Of a DNA stretch of 25,516 bases, positions 23,182-25,516 are shown in pieces. Made by a program: the position numbers and the translations under genes. Every line of letters starts with the position of its first letter. Position 1 is the stretch's first letter. Origin of the DNA: a bacterium (GTDB lineage: Bacteria > UBA9089 > CG2-30-40-21). The DNA lies in contig JBDRAP010000154.1 in assembly GCA_043823615.1 (NCBI GenBank), forward strand, positions 1 to 25,516, written 5' to 3'. The notes below the pieces were generated by a model that saw only the letters and a list, made by a program, of their open reading frames with translations, did not search any database and was not told the origin of the DNA.

Positions 23182-24378
23182 TCAATTAATTAATCCATTC
23201 TTGTATGCCTTCAAAAATGCATTGGCTATCTCCGGGTCAAATTGCCTGTTAGCCTGATCTTCTATTTCTTCTAAGGCAGTTTGATGTGGTAATCCCTTAC
23301 GATATGACCTATCCGAGGTCATGGCATCAAAGGTATCGGCTACAGCCAAAATCCTGCCGGCTAAGGATATTCCCTCACCCTTTAATCCTTGTGGATAACC
23401 CCTCCCATCATATCGCTCATGATGCTGCAAAACACCCGCAACTATAGCTTGTAATTGTTTTATCGGACTAATAATCCTGGCTCCAGTAATTGGATGTTCC
23501 TTTATTTGCGTGAACTCCTTCTCTGTTAATCTATCTGGTTTTCTAATAATAGCATCATCAATCCCTATCTTACCTATATCATGAAGTAATCCTGCCAATC
23601 TAACAGTCTCTTCCTCATCATCGGTTAACTTTAATTGTTGAGCTATCCCTTGAGAATATTTCATTACCCGCTCACTATGTCCATGAGTATACGGATCTTT
23701 TGCCTCAATAGTTGTGACCAATGCTTTAATGCTATTAAAGAATAGGTCTTTTGAATCTTCATACAACCTGGCATTCTCAATAGCCATTGCCTCCTGATTA
23801 GCCATTGCCTGCAATAGTGTTAAGTCATTTTGTGAGAATTCTCTCCCACCAATCTTATTGAGAGCCTCTATTACCCCAATTATTCGGCCTTTAATTAATA
23901 ATGGAACGCACAGGATTGATTTAGTAACAAATTTAACCTCAGCATCTACCTTTTTGCAAAATCTTGGATCTTTAGTTACATCAGGAACCGAAATAGGCTG
24001 TTTATTTTTAACCACCCAGCCGGCTATTCCATCAGTAACAGGTAACCTAATCTTTTTTAGTTCCTCTTTTTTCTCTCCAATAGCGACCTCGAATACAAAT
24101 TCATCACATTTTTCATCTATCAACATTAATGAAGATGCCTCTGCCTTCATTAGTTTAGTGGTAAGTTCCATAATTAATGGCAATAATTCTTTTAATTGTA
24201 GTGTAGAATTAACAATTTGGCTTACCTCAATCAATGATTCTAACTCATGAATTCTATGGCAGATATTTTCAAAAAAGATATTGAATGCAGATATTTTTTC
24301 AAGTGCAACCATATCAAGGTGTTTTACATATTCCTTTAGTTCTTCTAATTGTAATTGAGCTAACCTTATATCTGACAT
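23182..24378 (-). CDS. GAF + HD-GYP cyclic-dinucleotide phosphodiesterase
   Basis: GAF (GIAGWV...P..V.D...D.RF, SILCVPL...G..IGVIE..NK); KDPYTHGHSERV, LLHDIGK, HHERYDGRGYP, VADTFDAMTSDRSYR; start set at ATG 24378. Confidence 0.93.
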   Translation of the reverse strand: MSDIRLAQLQLEELKEYVKHLDMVALEKISAFNIFFENICHRIHELESLIEVSQIVNSTLQLKELLPLIMELTTKLMKAEASSLMLIDEKCDEFVFEVAIGEKKEELKKIRLPVTDGIAGWVVKNKQPISVPDVTKDPRFCKKVDAEVKFVTKSILCVPLLIKGRIIGVIEALNKIGGREFSQNDLTLLQAMANQEAMAIENARLYEDSKDLFFNSIKALVTTIEAKDPYTHGHSERVMKYSQGIAQQLKLTDDEEETVRLAGLLHDIGKIGIDDAIIRKPDRLTEKEFTQIKEHPITGARIISPIKQLQAIVAGVLQHHERYDGRGYPQGLKGEGISLAGRILAVADTFDAMTSDRSYRKGLPHQTALEEIEDQANRQFDPEIANAFLKAYKNGLIN

Positions 24379-24454
24379 TTCACACCCCAAAGGGACAGTT
24401 TTACCCTATTCTTAAATTCTATAGTGTTTACTTAAGTTAACGATAGTACTTTTG

Positions 24455-24466
24455 GTAACTATTCAG
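24455..24466 (+). repeat. Lone family-A terminal repeat
   Basis: GTAACTATTCAG identical to 1288-1299; no good inverted partner before the window edge. Confidence 0.55.
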
Positions 24467-24642
24467 TCACCTTATTTTAATTTCAGACCTCATGAAATAG
24501 ATTTTAATAATCAGGACTAATATCTGTTATAACAGAACAGTATGCCGTAAGGAGTTATATCCAAAAATGAATAACTCTTAAAATGCGACATAGTCTGGTA
24601 GTGTCCTTAAATAGCTAATCTTGTGTAATAAAAGAAGATAAA

Positions 24643-24723
24643 GGGATATTGGAGATATGGGGATGAGGATAAAACTTATTACAAATGAATAAACTAATCA
24701 AATCTCCATTATCTCCATATCCC
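24643..24723. repeat. Imperfect inverted repeat (GGAGATATGG-type arms)
   Basis: GGGATATTGGAGATATGGGGAT (24643-24664) vs ATCTCCATTATCTCCATATCCC (24702-24723). Confidence 0.6.
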
Positions 24724-24817
24724 CCTTTTTACACTTTTTTCAAGTAACCTCACTATAACCAAGCTATAACAGGACACCATCTAAATTTTCCAAAATGAGA
24801 ATTGCTGATATCAGAGT

Positions 24818-25162
24818 TCATATCAATCGCACTCCTTTTTTGATAGCTTCCCTTACTACACCTACTTCTTTCTTCTTCTGCTTAAATTCCTCAGGGGTAT
24901 AGCAGAGAACATCAACTACCTCTGCACTCCTGTCTAATAGTAATCCTAACTTACTGGTAAATTCATACATTCTTCTAATAAACTTAATCTTTGAAAACTT
25001 ATCAGAAATCACAATGAGATCGATGTCGCTGTATTTGCCCGGAGTTCCATAAGCACGGGAGCCCCATAACCAGACTTCTTCAGCAGCATAAATATCCTTT
25101 ATTTTCTCCAAGTAATTATCCAGCAAATATCTTACCTTTTCATCCTGTATCTTACTTCTCAT
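24818..25162 (-). CDS. Minimal nucleotidyltransferase (MNT) antitoxin
   Basis: WLWGS-x10-DIDL, VDVLCYTPEEF; start set at ATG 25162, overlapping the HEPN stop. Confidence 0.88.
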   Translation of the reverse strand: MRSKIQDEKVRYLLDNYLEKIKDIYAAEEVWLWGSRAYGTPGKYSDIDLIVISDKFSKIKFIRRMYEFTSKLGLLLDRSAEVVDVLCYTPEEFKQKKKEVGVVREAIKKGVRLI

Positions 25163-25516
25163 TTCGTTTTCCCTCAATCTCAATATTAACAAGCCTGATC
25201 ACTTCTTCTGTCTTTTCAACCCCTTGCTCAGCATCTGCTTGATCACAGCATTCATAAGGCATCTTGTCAGCCACATCAGGGTATCGAAGGGCAAGATAAT
25301 AAGAGTCTAATTCTCCAACAATCTTTAAGGCTTCATCTGACATACCGGTTATTTCTACTAATTTTCTGAGCGAATGTATCCTTGGAGGTGATTCATCTCC
25401 GGTCTTTTTAATATACAATGCCTTTAACATTTTCTCTGCTGCCTGTTGACAAAGAATCAAACAAATATCATAAACCTCAATCTTCAAATTCTTTTTGGCG
25501 TTCTCAAGATCATGCA
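25152..25516 (-). CDS. HEPN domain protein (SacsIN/archaeal-type), 5' end outside the window
   Basis: Frame open to the edge (HDLENAKKNL...), CQQAAEKMLKA, PPRIHSL..L, YYLALRYPD. Confidence 0.88.
   Translation of the reverse strand, partial: HDLENAKKNLKIEVYDICLILCQQAAEKMLKALYIKKTGDESPPRIHSLRKLVEITGMSDEALKIVGELDSYYLALRYPDVADKMPYECCDQADAEQGVEKTEEVIRLVNIEIEGKRNEK

Overview
AT-rich window from a probably diderm, anaerobic bacterium (inferred from lipoprotein, TolB-like and Wza genes, a ferredoxin-fused EtfA and an Fe-S type PurF). Housekeeping-type genes: pncB, gmhB-like HAD phosphatase, rtcB plus archease, a stand-alone BY-kinase plus Wza-like export protein, etfA-purF, tRNA-Gln(CTG) and tRNA-Glu(CTC), a CxxC mini-protein plus membrane polyferredoxin, a UPF0104/flippase-like protein and dapL-like aminotransferase. 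Accessory material: two HEPN/MNT toxin-antitoxin loci (one fused into a single ORF), a Mutator-like IS whose transposase is split by a +1 shift at a T9 run and which truncates a host gene, two families of short nested-palindrome MITE-like elements, and in-frame palindromic micro-inserts in purF. The most striking feature is a minus-strand cluster (16.3-24.4 kb): GAF-HD-GYP phosphodiesterase, DUF3307 membrane protein, a divergent class III nucleotide cyclase-TM-4xPASTA-TPR receptor (a PknB-like layout with a cyclase in place of the kinase), a lipoprotein, a TolB-like beta-propeller and a secreted TPR protein. All family calls come from motif recognition by eye; no database searches were run.
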